NCBI GenBank assembly: GCA_977017645.1
Contig: OZ360222.1
Coordinates: 234,174,001-234,238,000, forward strand
DNA length: 64,000 bases
Source of the DNA: Torpedo marmorata
Taxonomy: Eukaryota
Direction of reading: 5' to 3'
In this document: in pieces, positions 62,668 to 64,000 of the stretch
How positions within the stretch are numbered: position 1 is the stretch's first letter
Layout: each line of letters starts with the position of its first letter
The notes under the pieces: generated by a model
Told to the model about the DNA's origin: nothing
Seen by the model: only the letters and a program-made list of their open reading frames with translations
The model's database searches: none
Translations under genes and position numbers: made by a program

Positions 62668-64000
62668 TAGGTGTCATTCAATCTCGCACACAGACAAAAA
62701 AATATATTTTCACATTTTAGTAATTTTCCTGGAATTCATAATGTTAGTGATGATAATATTGTTGCTCAGTTATTTGCATATTTACATTATTAAAACAGAT
62801 TCTCACCACTGTAAAGTGTCTTCGGCAGCTATTTCCAGACAGACATTAGTGATATTTGCTGGTAATTTGAATACCAAAGATAGTTGGTCATGGTAGTTTA
62901 AGAGCTGCAGGATGAAAAAATAAATTGGCATTCACTCAACTTGCATTCTATCATCTTTGTTGTCACAGGTTGCAGTGATAAGGGAGAGGTTGACTTATCA
63001 CAAAAACCATTCCATCAGTTAATCTGAACAGCCAGGTAGTGTATAACAGAGAGCAAAGCAATAAAACTTTAGGACCAACAATTCAAAGTCATTTTTGTTC
63101 ATAGTGCGTTAAAGTTCAACTCAAATTCCTCATAGATTGATACCCAAAATGTTACAATTCTGAATTTTCGCCTTCCTGAGGTTTCCTTGAATAGTGAAAC
63201 TCTAAAATGTTAACCTCTCTCTTTCTACCAGTGATTTTCCCTCTGTGCCGTTGAGATGGGTATTGGGCAGATCAATAATTCAATTATTTTATGGCAACCA
63301 TTTTTTCTGTTGAATGAGAGATTTAAATTATTTTCCTTTTTCCATCCTTGGATTCCTCTCCACGATATACTGTCCTTACCAGAAAAGGTAGATAGGATAT
63401 CCTGCAAACAAATACCTCAACCAGCAGGGTGTGAGGTTAAGATGTACAAAAATTAATCCCCTTCCTGTGACACAAGTCCTGCTCAGAGGTCCCCTCAATG
63501 TAATGGGTGAATTGTTAAACTGGTAAGAAGACTTTGATGGATACGGCAAGTAATTTAATGCAGCACTCTCAATACATAAGTTAGTTGCACTTGAAGCCTG
63601 AAGTGCAATTTGCTGCTCAAGGACAATTTTGCATAAAAGCTCTTGAGGCTGTTTCTTTTCTTGAATTGATCTGAACCATAATCATAGGCAAAAGCCCATG
63701 TCCTGCTTTTCCCCAGGGCAGCTTGTTGGCACTTAAATGTGCCGTGTGTTTGCATCTCCCCTACAATTGCAATTTTCAATTTCTACTTACTGTGTATGTA
63801 CTCACAAAGTGGAATCAACTGTTTTCCAAGGTCAATTGTCCCTCAGAAATCTGCTGTAGAATTGAAGCATCAGTAGTGTGGCATTGCACTTGATTCCTAG
63901 TCAAGCAAATGATTTGAGTTTGAAAATGTAAAGTGCTTCCCTGCTGTTTTTTTGAGGCGTTGTTAGACAGCAGGGCCCCACGTGTGAAATGAAGTGGCCG

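Noticed and set aside
62403-62681. ORFs spanning the N run
   Set aside because: Artefacts of the assembly gap.
1-64000. Prokaryotic operon or defence system
   Set aside because: GT-AG exon structure, vertebrate LINEs and SINEs and low coding density show this is vertebrate genomic DNA; most short ORFs are random or TE-derived.

Overview
This is vertebrate intronic DNA; the repeat families suggest a cartilaginous fish, probably a ray or skate (inference only). The window holds the 3' part of a + strand SR-related splicing-factor gene best matching SRRM4 (nSR100). Nine phase-consistent coding exons lie at 5251-5286, 5381-5431, 12135-12227, 31921-32098, 47705-48063, 49668-49886, 54409-54519, 56702-56842 and 58723-59020. 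They end in the eMIC domain and an RS tail, followed by a probable 3' UTR of about 2.85 kb. The introns are dense with transposons: the 3' end of a Gypsy element, a full-length degraded L1 with a 17-bp target-site duplication (TSD), two solo LTRs, CR1 and Rex-like LINE fragments, tRNA-derived SINEs, Tigger, hAT and Harbinger non-autonomous DNA transposons, and fold-back Penelope-like elements with degenerate minimal hammerhead cores. The most unusual item is a two-LTR provirus at 20964-25242 (-) with no recognisable pol, a tRNA-Ser PBS, a 5-bp TSD and a Gag resembling class III (ERV-L/ERV-S-like) retroviruses. Other notable items are a composite hAT element carrying a captured spacer (two copies), a microexon-like exon inside the microexon master regulator, and a C/A tract of about 750 bp next to an exon. 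Protein similarities are from recall, not database searches.
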